Positions 36,951 to 50,557 of a stretch of DNA of 64,000 nt are shown here, in pieces (the stretch's first letter is position 1; each line of letters starts with the position of its first letter). The notes under the pieces are model-generated. The model ran no database searches, was not told where the DNA came from, and saw only the letters and a list, made by a program, of their open reading frames with translations. The DNA comes from Felis catus. Lineage: Eukaryota. The DNA lies in contig NC_058368.1 of NCBI RefSeq assembly GCF_018350175.1, forward strand, positions 124,808,001 through 124,872,000, read 5' to 3'. The position numbers and the translations under genes are program-made.

Positions 36951-39556
36951 AATGAGAAGATAGCAAGAAGAGAGACTTGGCCACCTACTCTGATCCTTTA
37001 ACATTTACCTTTGCATAGACACCCTAGAACTGCCTCAAGTTTCATTCTAATTCAGGTGAGTCAATGGAATCTAATTCATGTTAAGAATCAACTTAATATT
37101 GATTCAGTGCTAGAGAAAGTCATGGATCTTAATCAGAAGGTGGACATCTTTCTAATATCGGGTGGAATTCTCAGTTTGGAATCTTTCCCCTTTCTTTTTT
37201 CACATTTTGGTGGACCCTCTCATTCTCCTAGTCCCTGGAGTCTCTGCTCACTCTGATATTTTTTTTTTTATCCACCAGTGCTCTCAGCCATATCAACAGC
37301 TGACTTCACAGTGCCCATCCTCTCAGATTTGGCCAAAGCAGAACAATGTGACTAACAAGAGAAGGAGCAAGAAGAAAGTAGTCAGGCTTTTCTGTAGCCC
37401 CAATTTATTGAGTCATTAATGGTCTTGGTGTCACCTAGTCTTCCACAAACAACAGGGCAGTAATTAGCTTGGCTTGGCCAGTTAGCAGCCCTCAATAAAA
37501 GGCAATAAAATGGAAAGACAAAAAATAATATAGGTTTACAAGCAACATACCTTTAGACATTTTATTATCATTTAAAATGAAAAGGTTTAGACTTTTAATT
37601 ATATAATTAATAGCCCAAGAAGCTACTTGTCTGAACAGAAAGCATACCAACTTCAAGAACCAGAGTGAGGGTGCCTGGGAGCAACCTGGGCACAGGAAGG
37701 TGCAAATTATAAATTCTTTTACAGACAGCAACAATTTCGAAAATCCTCTGATCTTCCTCATGAATCTTATTCCAGAGAGAAGCAAGTGATCTGCTGTTCC
37801 TGAAAGAGCCGCCAGGACTGGCAGCCTAGGAAACTCACAGGACACTTAGCAGATAGTCTTTTACCTTCAGTAAAACAACATTTTATTTCTGGAGTTGGTG
37901 CCCACTTCACAAACACCCCTGTTGTGTTTTCAGTAAACATATATAATTTACGTACATATGTATTTACTTATATATATAATTTATATATGTATTATATACA
38001 TGTTATATATATGCTCTATATACATACAATACACACAAATACAAATACATGAACCAATGAGCAAGCCAACATAAATGTCACTTCAGGTTAGCATCAGTGC
38101 TGAATTTCCATTTAGTTATTCAGATTTTTTTCTGTGGGTCATCTTGACTTGAAAAGTTATGATACAGAACTAAAGTCTTAGATGTTTCAAGCTGTAAGTG
38201 AGACAGTTAGGTCTTCTCACAACCACTGTCTAGTTCATCTCCAAATCCATTTCTTCATCATCAAAAAATAATGTTACTATTGTTATTGAGAATGGTTATG
38301 GTCCTGGCAACACTGTCTCCATAGTCATATTTGAGTGGGTACTGCTACTACAGTACCTTGAGCGAGGGTAGAAGTAGGGAGTTGTGCTGAGAACCTAATG
38401 CCAAACCAAAGGGAAAAGAAAGAAAACCAAAAAAGTGAGGGAGCCAATGCTTAGGGAACATGACCAAGTAAGATGTGAGCCCTTAAAGAGAGTGGCCAGC
38501 AGTCTAAACCACAGTGTGCAAAAGGACCAGGTGATCTCAAGCTCAGTGCAGAGCAATATGTACGGCAGTCTGAGATGCTGAGTGGACAGAGCACCAGGAA
38601 ACCCCAGACAGACAAGTATCAACACACTAAATCTAGAATACCTTAGTTCAAAGCAGGATCCAGTCCAGGAAAAAAGTCACTAGAAAGCGTGAAGGAGCAT
38701 GTGTACACTCCAGCTAAGTAGGCTGCACTTCAAACCTAGTTCTAAGAGGACAAAAAATCAGGAATGGGAAGAAAGGCTACGCTCATACAGCAGTGCTTAG
38801 GCTCATGGCCATAGCAAGGGCAGGGTAAGTCAGGTGCAAGGCAAGAAGAACCCTAGTTGCGAATACCCTCGAAGACTTGACCGAGATTGGCTCAAGACTG
38901 GAATCTGTTCATAGAAATTTCCTGGTATTATAGCAGAGTTGGAGGACTAAGGGAAATCAGAGACTATCTTGAGACTCACTTAAATTCATGGGTGAAGTTT
39001 CTCAGCACTCTGGTATTGACTTAAAAGGCCCTAATGGGGGAAAAAATGTGTTGAAATAACTACAAAATAGTTATCAAAATCCGACATCTACCCTAGCCTA
39101 AGGATTGGTGGACACTGCTTTTAAACCCTTTTGTCTTTCCTAAAAGTGAGCATTTGTGTGACAGTCAATACTATGAATTCCTCAGTGCATTTCTGCCCTA
39201 AAATACAAGGAACATGACTCTTCAGGGTACAGGCCTGGGTACCTCTACTTGGACATCAAAAAGATTAGGGGCAAGGTCAACCATCTTCCCAGTTCTACCT
39301 GGAGCCACCCTCCAAAGCCAGAAAAAAATACTTACAACTAGGAATTTTAACAATCTGTCTTCTTAACACTTACAAGTGAATCCAATGGTTACATCTGGTC
39401 TTGGCCAGGATTTCTAACCAGCTTCTGGATAAATGCTTAATTAACATTATTTTAACTTTGTCTACATCTGTGGCTAAAAGGTTAGTCATGTTTTGTTTTA
39501 CAACATGAGGGGAATTTGGTGCCTTGGAAACAGAATGGCTAACCCAGACCATAATC

Positions 39557-39975
39557 CAGTGGTTTTCAACTCAGGCAGCACACAGAATCATCTGGAAACT
39601 TTTTTTTTTAATGTTTATATATTTTTGACAGAGAGAGAGAGAGAGAGAGACAGAGAGACAGAGGGTGAACAGGGGTGGGGCAGAAAGTGAAAGGGAGACA
39701 CAGAATCAAAAGCAGGCTCCAAGCTCTGAGCTGTCAGCACAGAGCCCAATGTGGCACTTGAACTCACAAACCACAAGATCATGACCTGACCCAAAGTCGG
39801 ACATTTAACTGAGCTACCCAGGTGCTCCTAGAAACTTAACAAAAACAAAAACCAAAACAGTGCTAGGGCTCCACCCCTAGAGATTCTGACTTAATTTATC
39901 TTGGCTATACAATATGCTAAGGAATGTTTTAAAAGCTCCAAAGGTGATCCTTCCATCCAGCAAGGTTAAAAGCAG
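39557..39975. mobile_element. MER5-type hAT MITE interrupted by a CanSINE
   Basis: cagtggttttcaac...agaatcatctgg|...ctccacccctagagattctgacttaatt...aaaagctccaaaggtgat. Confidence 0.75.
39602..39828 (-). mobile_element. CanSINE
   Basis: Reverse SINE. Short TSD t(g/a)gaaactt. Confidence 0.92.
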
Positions 39976-40689
39976 CTCTTCTCAAACTAATGGGCATATG
40001 AATCCCACAATATGTGGCAAAACCAGCAGATCTTGATCCAGTAGGTCTGGTGTGGAGCTTTCCAGGTGATACCTAAGGTGTTTGCAGGCCACACATTGAG
40101 ATGTTAAAAAAACGGATGGAAAAGTATGAGGAAAGAGAGTCCACACTCGTGTCCTCCCAGGAGTGTTAGTAGGTGAGCCCTCCTTAACCAAGGCAAAACA
40201 CACCCCCACTCTGCCTTAACCGTCAAGTTGAGCAGATGTTCCCAGAGCTCAGAGATGACCTTCTGAGTTATGAAAATAAGCAATTATCCAAATGTCCAGA
40301 AAAGGCCTCAAATCAACCAGGACAACACTAATGGGAATCCCAGAGTGAGCAAATAGGAGTCAAAGCAGTGAACTTTAAAAAAATGAATCTGCCTTTGTTT
40401 CACTTTGGCTCTGTGTTTGCAGGGAAACTCCATAAGCAGAAGCTTATGTGACCCTACTTTAGCCACATGGCAAGCAGGGGCTGTAAAGGAGGAAGAGAGA
40501 CATCAAGGAAGGAGGGCTCTGTTTACACAGGGTGGCTTAACAGAACACACCACACAGTCCACTAAATTCCACAGACCTAAGCTTTGGTCACTGTGAGATT
40601 GTACCCTGTGAGGTCCTCTTGCAGTGACTGCCACTCTCTTCTGTCTTCACTTTCCTGATATACTGCTTTCCTCATCTCCCTTCCCTAAT

Positions 40690-41150
40690 CAGAAATGTCC
40701 AGCAAGATGAACTCCAAACTCTGTGTGACCTCTAATCTGTGTAATTCCTCAGCCTTACCTGCCAAGACATTCTTCTTTTCTCTCCTCCCAAACACAGAGG
40801 CCATCTCTTCGTTAGGGCTATCAGCATGACATTTCCCCACCTGGAATACTCTCCTTTGCACATTTCCTGTTACTGAAATTCTCCTGCTCTTCTCAAGGCC
40901 CAGTTCCAGCCCTATCTTTCTCGTCAAGGATTCTCTCACCCTCCAGCCACCACACCTTCGTGGGCACTTCTAGAGCTTTCCCTTGCAGTCCATGAATTTT
41001 ACTTACCCTGCTACTCCCAGACTTACTATTTTTTCACAAGAATATAGTGTGTCTTTCTAACCACATCATGAACTTTTAGCTGGCAGTACTATACCTATAC
41101 TTTCTTGTACCTCTTGTACCCAGTATGGTTCTATGTAAATAATAGATGCT
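40690..41150 (+). mobile_element. L2 fragment
   Basis: cctggaatactctcc...tctcaaggcccagttc...gtaaataatagatgct. Confidence 0.55.
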
Positions 41151-44100
41151 ACAGCAAGAGTTGTCACACATTTACCAGAGAGCTCACCACAGCTGATGAA
41201 ACTGAGATTCCCAGAGGCAAGATTCTCAGGAGTTTCCACTCACAGACAAGACTTCCCACAACTAACAAAAGTGTCAGTTGCTTCAATGCCTCAGATCCCT
41301 TTCTACTCCAGTTATGTTTGCCATTATGTGGCACCAAACAGTCCCTGTTCTGGATTCCTGCAAAGCCCAATGCTTTATACTCCAAGAGCCCTCACACCCA
41401 GCCAACCCTTGTGCTAGGGTGAGCATTCAATTCCATAGCATAATCTTTAGGCCTGTCCAGTTTTCAGTCCTTGTATGGAAGTCAAAATTCCTTTCAGGAT
41501 CAGGCTCTCAGTCTGTTCCTCTGAAGAGAAAAACAATAGGGTGTGGTCAGGAGAAAAGTAGAGACCTAGCCAAACTGTCTCCTGGAAAAACTACTCGTAT
41601 AGCTACAACAAACAGGTATGGCCACTCCACTAGCTCTGAGCGGAACTATGCCAATGCAAGACAGCAGATACATATGAAGGAATGCTATCCAATACCATCC
41701 ATACAGGAACCATTAAACTTTTCTAGTCTGGGTGTGGGGGGGGGGTATAAATAAAAACAATGAAAACTATGGATGTGATCATTACAATGGACCATGAGAT
41801 TACTCCAAAAGTAGACTTTGCCTAGGGGTCTTAGAAATGGCCTAGGGTACTGGCAGCCCTTGACAAACAGCAAAAGAAAAATGAGATTCATTTGCTGCAT
41901 ATTATGGATTCTCCCCCAGGGCTCAGTGCACAAAGACCCTGCTCCTTTCTCCCCTAAGACACACAGCCGAAAATGCTAGTCTCAGTGGCACACCAGACTT
42001 GCTTTAGCTAGGTTCTGTGTTGGCCATGGGCACTAAATGCTGCTCTGAATCCTCCCCCACTGCCCTCAGGCTCCTCTTTTGTTTCGATCATACTTCTCAC
42101 AGGTCTCTGTCCTCCTACATTTCAGACAAGAGAGTTAAGTTCAGTCAATGTTGAGGAGGGAGAAGAAGACTTTGCAATTAAATTGCTAATTAAGGAAGTA
42201 TCAACCTGAAGAAGCTAATTTGCACTGACCTATTTAAAATATCTAGCAGTAGATCAGGCATGAATTGAGGTACAGCCCTTTTATGCATCAGCCAACTGGC
42301 CTTCTTTCAGAGCAGCAGCTATCAATAATTCCATGCTGAGGACCATCTGATAGGAAATCAACCATGGGCCCCTGGAATGCCAGCATTCCCCACTGCTCTG
42401 TTTTCCCAGTTGTCAGATCTGTTTATAAATTGTCCATTTATAGCAAATCCAGCACCTGCTATGAACACCTCATCCTGCCAAGTGTTGGAGTGCATCTCAG
42501 AAAGAACCACTATAGACTTTTCCAGTTCCTTTTAACCTTTCCCAACCCAGGAGTTTGAATATTTGCCTAGGAATTCTGAGGGAGGACATATTCTATACAG
42601 AAAAAGCTAGTCTATTATAAGTTAGCATTCTGCTCCACTTTTAAAAAAAAGAAAGAAAGAAAAGAAAAAGAAAGAAAATCATCATTCTCTTGGGAGACAC
42701 AATGCTCTCTTTCTGAACAAGTCTGACATTGGGACACATTTAAAATAACCCCGAAAAAATTCAGCAGGGTACAAATGCTCTAGGGGAAAGTTAAGGGAGG
42801 CTTTCTTTTTAACTCTATTATGTAGCTTTTTAGCTCACTGTCAATACTTCCACTTAGCAGACAATGCTGTCTGCTGCTCAAAACCATTATGTAAAATGTA
42901 TTTAAAGACACCTTCCCAGGGCTGAAAACCCTACATATGACCTAGATTTGGGTTTTTTCTTGCCAATTATCCATTTGCAAAGTGCCTAGAATTAATTCTC
43001 AAAATTCCATCCCTCCTCCAATCCCAGTACGCTTCCGTTCATTTTATTCTTTGCAAAACAAAATAAAATCAATGGCATACATATAATATTTTTGAAGTGA
43101 GGGTTCATGGTTTCTAGAGAATTATGAAGTTCAAACTAGATGCTGTGGTAGACAGAAATGTGTGGGTAACCTCCAGGAGGTGTGGTGACCCCTTGATGCT
43201 TCAGTTTACACCTTCCCTCAATAATCCTTCTCAAGCATAAAACTGTCACTTTTTTTTTTAAGCCACAGAGGGAGACCCTAATTAAGAGCACGTGGCAGAG
43301 GCCGCTGGTGTGAGGGGGTGGCATTTCTCATCTCCAGCTCTGCATTCAGCCAAGGGGGTAGCCACATATTTTTACTGGAGGACTTGAGCGTTTAATATTT
43401 CTTTTTGAAAAATGTTGAGGTATTTGGAGCCTTTGTAAAGTAATTGTTATTAGTGGGCCAGTAAAGTTAGGCAGTCACGAGATTGGGCAAAACAGAAGCG
43501 ACTCAAGAAATAGAATCAGAGAGCATGGAATTAAACACCTATAAAATTAAAAATGCTTGCTCTCAGCTATGGGTTATCCTTTGCAGGGGCCAGGGCTTCA
43601 GCATTCCACTCTGGGATAGTTCATAGCTTTTTGTTGGAGTTTATACAGATTAAGCTAATCTTAGATTACATACGCATCAATTATTTCTTTCCAAAATGGA
43701 ACTGTGTTTAATCCGTTACATGTTACTCCAGTGCAAATCATCTTTGCTTACTTTTTGGTCATTTGATGGCCATCTGTTTTACCAACCTGGATTCTTTCAC
43801 TCATCACAGAAGTCAGGCCCCATTACTTGAGATGATCTCTGAGATGCCCCTGCTGGAGAAAGGAATGTGCAAATTAGGAGACTACAAATCAGTTTGAAAA
43901 CTCAATGACTCTTTCCCATAAATCTGTGTCCTTAATATTAAAAATCATTTGGAGGTGCTGAAAAGAGAACTGATAGCTAACAGAACACAGCAGCCCTACT
44001 CTCTTCAGGGCATGGATTAGCAGTTGAGAGGGACTATGCAGATCTAAATCCATATTCTGCTACCAAAAATAGAAAAGAGGAAACCTTTGAAGCCAAAGAA

Positions 44101-45236
44101 GGCCTAAGAATAACTGTCAGCAAAGAGTTAGAGCTCCATGGGCAGGAAGCAATGCTCAAGTGGCCGTTTTGTGCTTCTTTTTTTTCCCCCCCTCCCCAGG
44201 GGCTTTCACATTTATCCTGTTAGAAAGATAGCTTTCAAAGACTTCCCTTTAACACAGACACATGGGCCTTCACAACCCGCCTTTCTACAGCGGCTCAGGG
44301 GCCTGGCGCTGCACATCACTTCCACACAGCCCCTGGGTTTGGTGTGATTTCCCCCCACGATCACTTCAATCTGTTTAAGGCTGAACAGAGAACTCTTCAT
44401 AGACCACATTACACAGAGAGCCTCAGTAGGAAATGGCTGACCAAGAAACACTTGTTTCCTGTTTTGCTTTTGACAATTTTACATTTCAACTCAACCTGGG
44501 TTTCATCCTTTTAATTTTTTTATAGTCACAAAAATCAATGCACCAAACCAGTGAAATTTGTTTTATGACACTATAAAATATACACTTGAATCTATCTTAT
44601 AAAAGGTTTTCTAGTTAGAAGAGGTTTTCTGGAAACAAGACAGTGAGGATGCTTTAAAGAGGCCTGTGGGACAACTGGAGAGGCACAGAGGCTGACAGGG
44701 TTACTAGAAGGAGATCTGGCAGATGTGTGGTGATAAGAAGCTTAAAGGCCAAGGGATAGAAAACACGATATGAAGGAGAACAGAGAGAAACGAGACACTG
44801 AGGAAGATGGCAGAGTCTCCTCTAGCCATGCAACACCTTATGCAAATAAGGAAAAGGCACCCCTTGTGAGCACACACAAACTGATGCGAAGGTGCATGGC
44901 TTGATTTCAGCTCTCACTCTTCCCTTTGATCAGATGTCCTTCTGCAAGGCACAGCCTACACCATACCACACCTGGGGTTTGTGAAAAATGCAGGCAAGAG
45001 ACCGAAAGTCTCAAATGGGGAACTTTAGATAAACTGTCAAAAAAAAAAAAAAAGTCACAGATGCTTATGGTAGCATACAGGAAATCCTGTTTTGAATCAA
45101 AGAATTTTGCTGGTGACTGAGGTTGGGGGAGGATAGCTGGAAAAATTTATTTCTCCAAACTAGCTATATCAAAACATCCCAATGGAACATTTTACCTTTT
45201 GTCATGTTTCATATGATGCATGTATTTGTTCATTTT

Positions 45237-45439
45237 TAAAAAAAACATTTATTTATTTTTGAGAGAGAAAAAGAGTGCAAACAGGGGAAGGGCAGAGAGA
45301 GGGAGACACAGAATCCTAAGCAAGTTCCACACCATCAGCACGGAGCCTGACACGGGGCTCAAACCCATGAACCGCAAGATCATGACCTGAGCCAAAATTA
45401 AGAGTTGGACACTCAACTGACTGAGCCATCCAGGCACCC
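45237..45439 (-). mobile_element. CanSINE
   Basis: Reverse SINE flanked by tgtatt(t)gttcatttt. Confidence 0.92.
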
Positions 45440-45468
45440 TGTATTGTTCATTTTATGAGAGCTTTTTG

Positions 45469-45671
45469 GGTTTTGGGGGGTTTAATTTTTTTTAATGTTT
45501 ATTTATTTTTGAGAGAGAGGAAGAGAGAGAGAGCAAGCAGAGGAGGGGCAGAGAGAAAGTAAGACACAGAATCCGAAGCAGGCCCCAGGATCTGACCTGT
45601 CACCACAGAGCCCAATGCAGGGCTGGAACCCACGAACCTTGACATCATGACCTGAGCCACCCAGGCGCCCC
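45469..45671 (-). mobile_element. CanSINE with internal deletion in the tRNA head
   Basis: TSD ta(t/a)gagagctttttg at 45454-45468 and 45672-45686. catgacctgagcc joins directly to acccaggcgcccc. Confidence 0.9.
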
Positions 45672-46149
45672 TAAGAGAGCTTTTTGTTCATCACATCACT
45701 ATATTTGTCAGGATCGCAATCTGTGCCTAGACACAAAATGCTAGAACTAGTTATAATCTGAGCACAGCTCATAGGATGAACCATCGGGGATTCTTAAATT
45801 GCCTTTATCTCAGAGTTCTTGAATGTTTTATTGAAACAACTCGTTAAACTTCAGCCAAAATAAAAAATAAAATAACCCCCACCACTCAGACAGATTGTTT
45901 TTTCAAGGTCATGGCCTTAGTTTGTAATATAATCTTTTATCAATCTGCTTGAGTTAGGTCCATGAGTTGCATCAGTCAGCAAAACTAAAATGGGCAAAAA
46001 TCATAATCGCACAGAAAAGAGAGAATCAAGAGAAGAAAGAGTAAAACATGTCATTACATACCTATTATCAAAACACAACCAGTGTGTAAGAAATGGTACC
46101 ACTCTTGCTTTTGCTCAGGACCTGGGCATTCAGTGACTATGAGGGAACA

Positions 46150-46370
46150 ATTAACATTTATAACAATGTACAGGTTTTACAGTTCTTCAACAACTGTTAC
46201 ATGCATCATCTCATCAAATCCTCAGAATCCTTACAAGTATGGTTTTGTCATCACCTTTGGGTAGGTGAAAAAATTGCAAATCAGACAAGCTGAGAGACTT
46301 ACTCAAGACCAACCAAAATAGTAAGTGACAGAACCAAGACTCAATCCCAAGCCTTCTGGCTCAAAGCAAG
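46150..46370 (-). mobile_element. MIR
   Basis: atcatctcatcaaatcctcagaa...gtaagtgacagaaccaagactcaatcccaag. Confidence 0.7.
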
Positions 46371-47148
46371 GACCTTACTAGTATACTGGTTCTCTGGTTC
46401 AAATGGAGACATCTCCTGATAGATTTTTGTATAATGGATAGGTCTACCTATTTCTAGGATGACAAACAGCCTGAGAGGTGATGAGATCAGCCATTATTTA
46501 TTCTAGCAATCTGAATGACTTAGCTTTTTAATATCTATTTTACTTTCAAAAGATTTTTTCTTCATGCACTCCCTCTGCCAAACACATTTTTGGAGAAGTT
46601 AGAATGTTAACTGATTTCAGTTAATAACAGCCTCTGCATTATCTGCTTTTATAACACTCTCTCTCAATTCTAATGCAGATTCCTGATTAAAAATGAGAAA
46701 CTATTTTTAAAAATTAAGGATGTCTTTGTACTTATAATCGTATGTTTCTGAAACCAACTTGATTAGCTTCAGAGTATCAGGGTTTCAAGTTGTCTAACAG
46801 TGACAAAATAATTTGGGAGGTTTTAAGGTCAAAGCTGGCAGTGATCCATTAGAAGACCTGCTTCCTAAAAGACTTCAGCCATGTGACCAAGTGATGACAC
46901 CAGATGGTCAAACTCATCCATCATCACATTTTTACAATAAAAACAGCAACCCTTAGAGTAAACTTATTGGAAATAACACATATAATCTAACCAATTAACT
47001 AGTGATAGTTAAAAAAAAATAGCCTCTAATGGCTTATATCCACCTAAGTCCTAAATGTTTAGGTTATACTGGTAAAAGTTATCATTTCCCAACATATTCT
47101 ATAACACCAAAAATTCTACCTCTAGTTTTCTACCCTAGAAAAATTCTT

Positions 47149-47669
47149 TTTTTTTTCAATATATGAAATTTATTGTCAAATTGGTTTCCATACAACACCC
47201 AGTGCTCATCCCAAAAGGTGCCCTCCTCACTACCCATCACCCACCCTCCCCTCCCTCCCACCCCCATCAACCCTCAGTTTGTTCTCAGTTTTTAAGAGTC
47301 TCTTATGCTTTGGCTCTCTCCCACTCTAACCTCTTTTCTTTTTTTTTTTCCTTCCCCTCCCCCATGGGTTTCTGTTAAGTTTCTCAGGATCCACATAAGA
47401 GTGAAAACATATGGTATCTGTCTTTCTCTGTATGGCTTATTTCACTTAGCATCACACTCTCCAGTTCCATCCACGTTGCTACAAAAGGCCATATTTCATT
47501 CTTTCTCATTGCCACGTAGTACTCCATTGTGTATATAAACCACAATTTCTTTATCCATTCATCAGTTGATGGACATTTAGGCTCTTTCCATAATTTGGCT
47601 ATTGTTCAGAGTGCTGCTATAAACATTGGGGTACAAGTGCCCCTGTGCATCAGTACTCCTGTATCCCTT
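47149..47669 (-). mobile_element. Young felid-type LINE-1 3' fragment (~0.52 kb)
   Basis: Same 3'UTR and ORF2 end as the other felid L1s. Perfect 18-bp TSD taccctagaaaaattctt at 47131-47148 and 47670-47687. Inserted in an old L1ME-like fragment (~47090-47910). Confidence 0.96.
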
Positions 47670-47921
47670 TACCCTAGAAAAATTCTTACACATGTACAAA
47701 AATGTTTGTGGCAATGCTGTTTGACATTTTTCAAAAGTTACAAATAACTGCCCCTCACCGGAGAAATGGGTTTAAGTACTTACAATCAATGTAAATACAG
47801 CAAAATGCTATACAACAAATAAAATGAATGAATTGAATGTACATATTTTAAGATGGATAAATCTCAAAATATATTGTTGAAAGAGAAAAGCAAACTGCAA
47901 AAGTTTATTTAGTACGCTAAT

Positions 47922-48241
47922 TGTCTAAGTCTGTTTTGTCTGCTACCACAGACTGGGTAGCTTATAAACAGAAATTTCTTGCAGTTCTGGAAGCTGGAAA
48001 GCCCAACATCATGGTCAGGTTCTGGTGAAGGCATTCTTTCCAGTACAGACTACAAACCTCTTGCTGTGCTCTCACTTGGTAGAGGAGCAGGTGATCTCTC
48101 CGGGGTCTCTTCTAATCTCATTCATGAGAGCCCTCATGACTTAATTACCTCTAAAGGCCCCACTTCCTAATACAATCACCCTAGGGGTTAGAATTTCAAC
48201 ATATAAATGGAAGGGGGGGCACATACATTCTAATCATAGCA
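47922..48241 (-). mobile_element. MaLR solo LTR (MLT1A-like)
   Basis: tgtctaagtctg...ccacagactgggtagcttataaac...cagttctggaagctggaa...gggttagaatttcaacatat...catagca. Confidence 0.85.
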
Positions 48242-48452
48242 CCAGTATTTAAGTAAAAACTTTAAACATACAAAATAAGTTATAAATGGGTCCATACAAA
48301 GATATAATAAATAAATGTATGAAAATATTCATGGAAATTACACATATCAACTTCACAAATGGTTACCTCTAGAGATGGAAAGAGACAGAAAAAAAGAGCT
48401 TTGCTTTACCTGTAATTCTTTTAAACCTTTAGATAGATTTATGTTTTCTTTC

Positions 48453-50108
48453 AGTTATCAAAATAGTATAGCACTCACATTAAAACAGGCATACAGACCA
48501 GTAGAGTAGAACAGGGAGCCCAGAAACAAACCTTTGCATACATTGTCAAGTGATTTTTGACAAGGGTGACAAAACCACCCAACAGGGGAAAAGACAGTCT
48601 TTTCAGCAAATAATGCTGGGAAAACTGAATATCCACATGGAAAGGAATGACTCATAAAGTTGGACTCGTACCTTATACCACATATTAAAATTAGTTCAAA
48701 ATGGATCAAAGACATAAACATAAAAACTAAAATCCTAAAACTCTCAGAAGAAAATATAAGGGAAAAGCTTCATGGCATTGGATTTGGTAAGGATTTCTTA
48801 AATATGACTCCAAAGACATAGGCAACAAAAGAAAAAATAGATAAATCAGATTAGAAAATTTAAATTTTGTGTATCAAACACTATTGACAGAGTAAAAAGA
48901 CAACCCATAGAATGGAAGAAAATATTTGCAAGTCATATATCTGATAAGGGATTAATATCCAAAATATATACAGAACACCTACAACTCAATAACAAAAAAC
49001 AAAAAAACAAAAAAAAAAACAAAAAAACAACCCAGGGCACCTGATTGGCTCAGTCAGTTAAGCATCCCACTCTGGCTCTCCATTCTGGTCATGATCTCAG
49101 TTTGTGGGATTGAGCCCCACATCAGGCTCTGTGCTAACAGTCAGAGACTGGTTAGGATTCTCTCTCTCCCTCTCTCTGCCCCTCCCCTGCTGGCATGTGT
49201 GCTCTCTCTCTCTCTTTCTTTCAAAAAATAAATAAACTTTAAAAATAAATATATTTTTAAAAAAAACTAAAAATGGGTAAAGGACTTGAACAGATAATTT
49301 CCCAAAGAAGATACACAAATGGGCAACAATCACATGAAAAGATGTTCAACATCACTAATTGTTAAAGAAATGCAAATCAAAACCACAATGAGACACCACA
49401 TCCATCAGGATGGTTATTATATAAAACAAACAAAAATATGTATTATTAAGTATGTGGAGAAACTGGAACTCTTGGGCAATGCTATTGGGAATATAAAATG
49501 GTGCAGCCACTGTAGAAGACAATATGATGGTTTCTGAAAAAATTAAACATGAAGTTACTATCTGATCCAGCAATTCCACTTTTATGTATATACTCAAAAA
49601 GAGCTAAAGGAGGGACTTAAACAGATATTTGTAGACCAACAAATAGCAGCATTATTCACAATAGCCAAAAGACAGAAACAACCCCATGTCTGTTGACAGA
49701 CAAATGAATAAACAAAATGTAATATATACATGCAATGTAAGTCTTAAAAAAGGAATGAAATTCTGATACACGCTACAGTCATGGCTAAAGGCAGACTCTT
49801 GAAAACTTTATGCTAAGTGAAATAAGCCAGAGGACGAAATGACAAATATTGTATGGTTTCACTTATACAAGTTACCTAGAATAGCCAAATCATAAAGTAG
49901 AATAGTGGTTACCAAGGTCTGGTGAAAGGGGGAATTAAGAGTTATTGTTTAATGGATACACGATCTCAGTTTGGAATGATGAAAAAGCTCTGCTGATGAA
50001 TAGTGGTGGTGTTGTACAACATGGGTGTATTTAATCTTACTGAATTGTACACTCAAAAGGAGTTAAAATGGTAATTTTTACGTTATGTAGCTTCCATCTC
50101 AATAAAAA
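48453..50108 (+). mobile_element. Old LINE-1 (L1MB-like) ORF2 end plus 3'UTR
   Basis: ORF 49319-49537 has [23 protein letters not shown]. 3'UTR includes tcagtttggaatgatgaaaaag and actgaattgtacactcaaaa...aataaaaa. Confidence 0.9.
49035..49262 (+). mobile_element. CanSINE inserted in the L1MB-like element
   Basis: gggcacctgattggctcagtcagttaagc, CT tract, aaataaataaac. Confidence 0.9.
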
Positions 50109-50393
50109 TGTTTCTTCAGTAGGGGGAGAAGGAGGTGAATCAAAATTGGCAAAATGCCAAAATTGCTATCTCTTTAAACCCAGTGGTAGGTTTACAGATA
50201 GTCTATTAGTTTCTGCATTTTTTTGTGTTTTTGAAATACCTCAGCTTAATTTTGTTAATTTATGGTAAGTTTTGAAGAAAAGTTTTCATAAAATTATTCT
50301 GACCCTGTCAAGCAGAATGATGAGATTCTGGGATGAGATACTGAAGGCTGAAGCACCTTTCACATTATTTGATTAGTTTCTCCTGCTCTATAA

Positions 50394-50557
50394 CAGAGCT
50401 CCTCAAATATAAAGTGAATACAAATTACCCAGAGATCTTATTTAAAAAGCAGATTCTGATTCAGTTGGTCTAGAGAGAGCCTGAGAGTCTCCATTTCTAA
50501 CAGGCTCCCAGGTGATGCCTATGCTGCCAGGCCACAGACACACTTTGAGTAACAAGG
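50394..50557. mobile_element. MER5A-like hAT MITE
   Basis: gcagattctgattcagttggtct...catttctaacaggctcccaggtgatgc...cacactttgagtaacaagg. Confidence 0.85.

Noticed and set aside
41278..41754. 158-aa ORF in unique sequence
   Set aside because: Non-ATG start, no recognisable domain or splice structure; compatible with chance in 64 kb.
43843..43860. CTCF-like motif (reverse ccagcaggggcatc)
   Set aside because: One G short of the core consensus spacing; not supportable.
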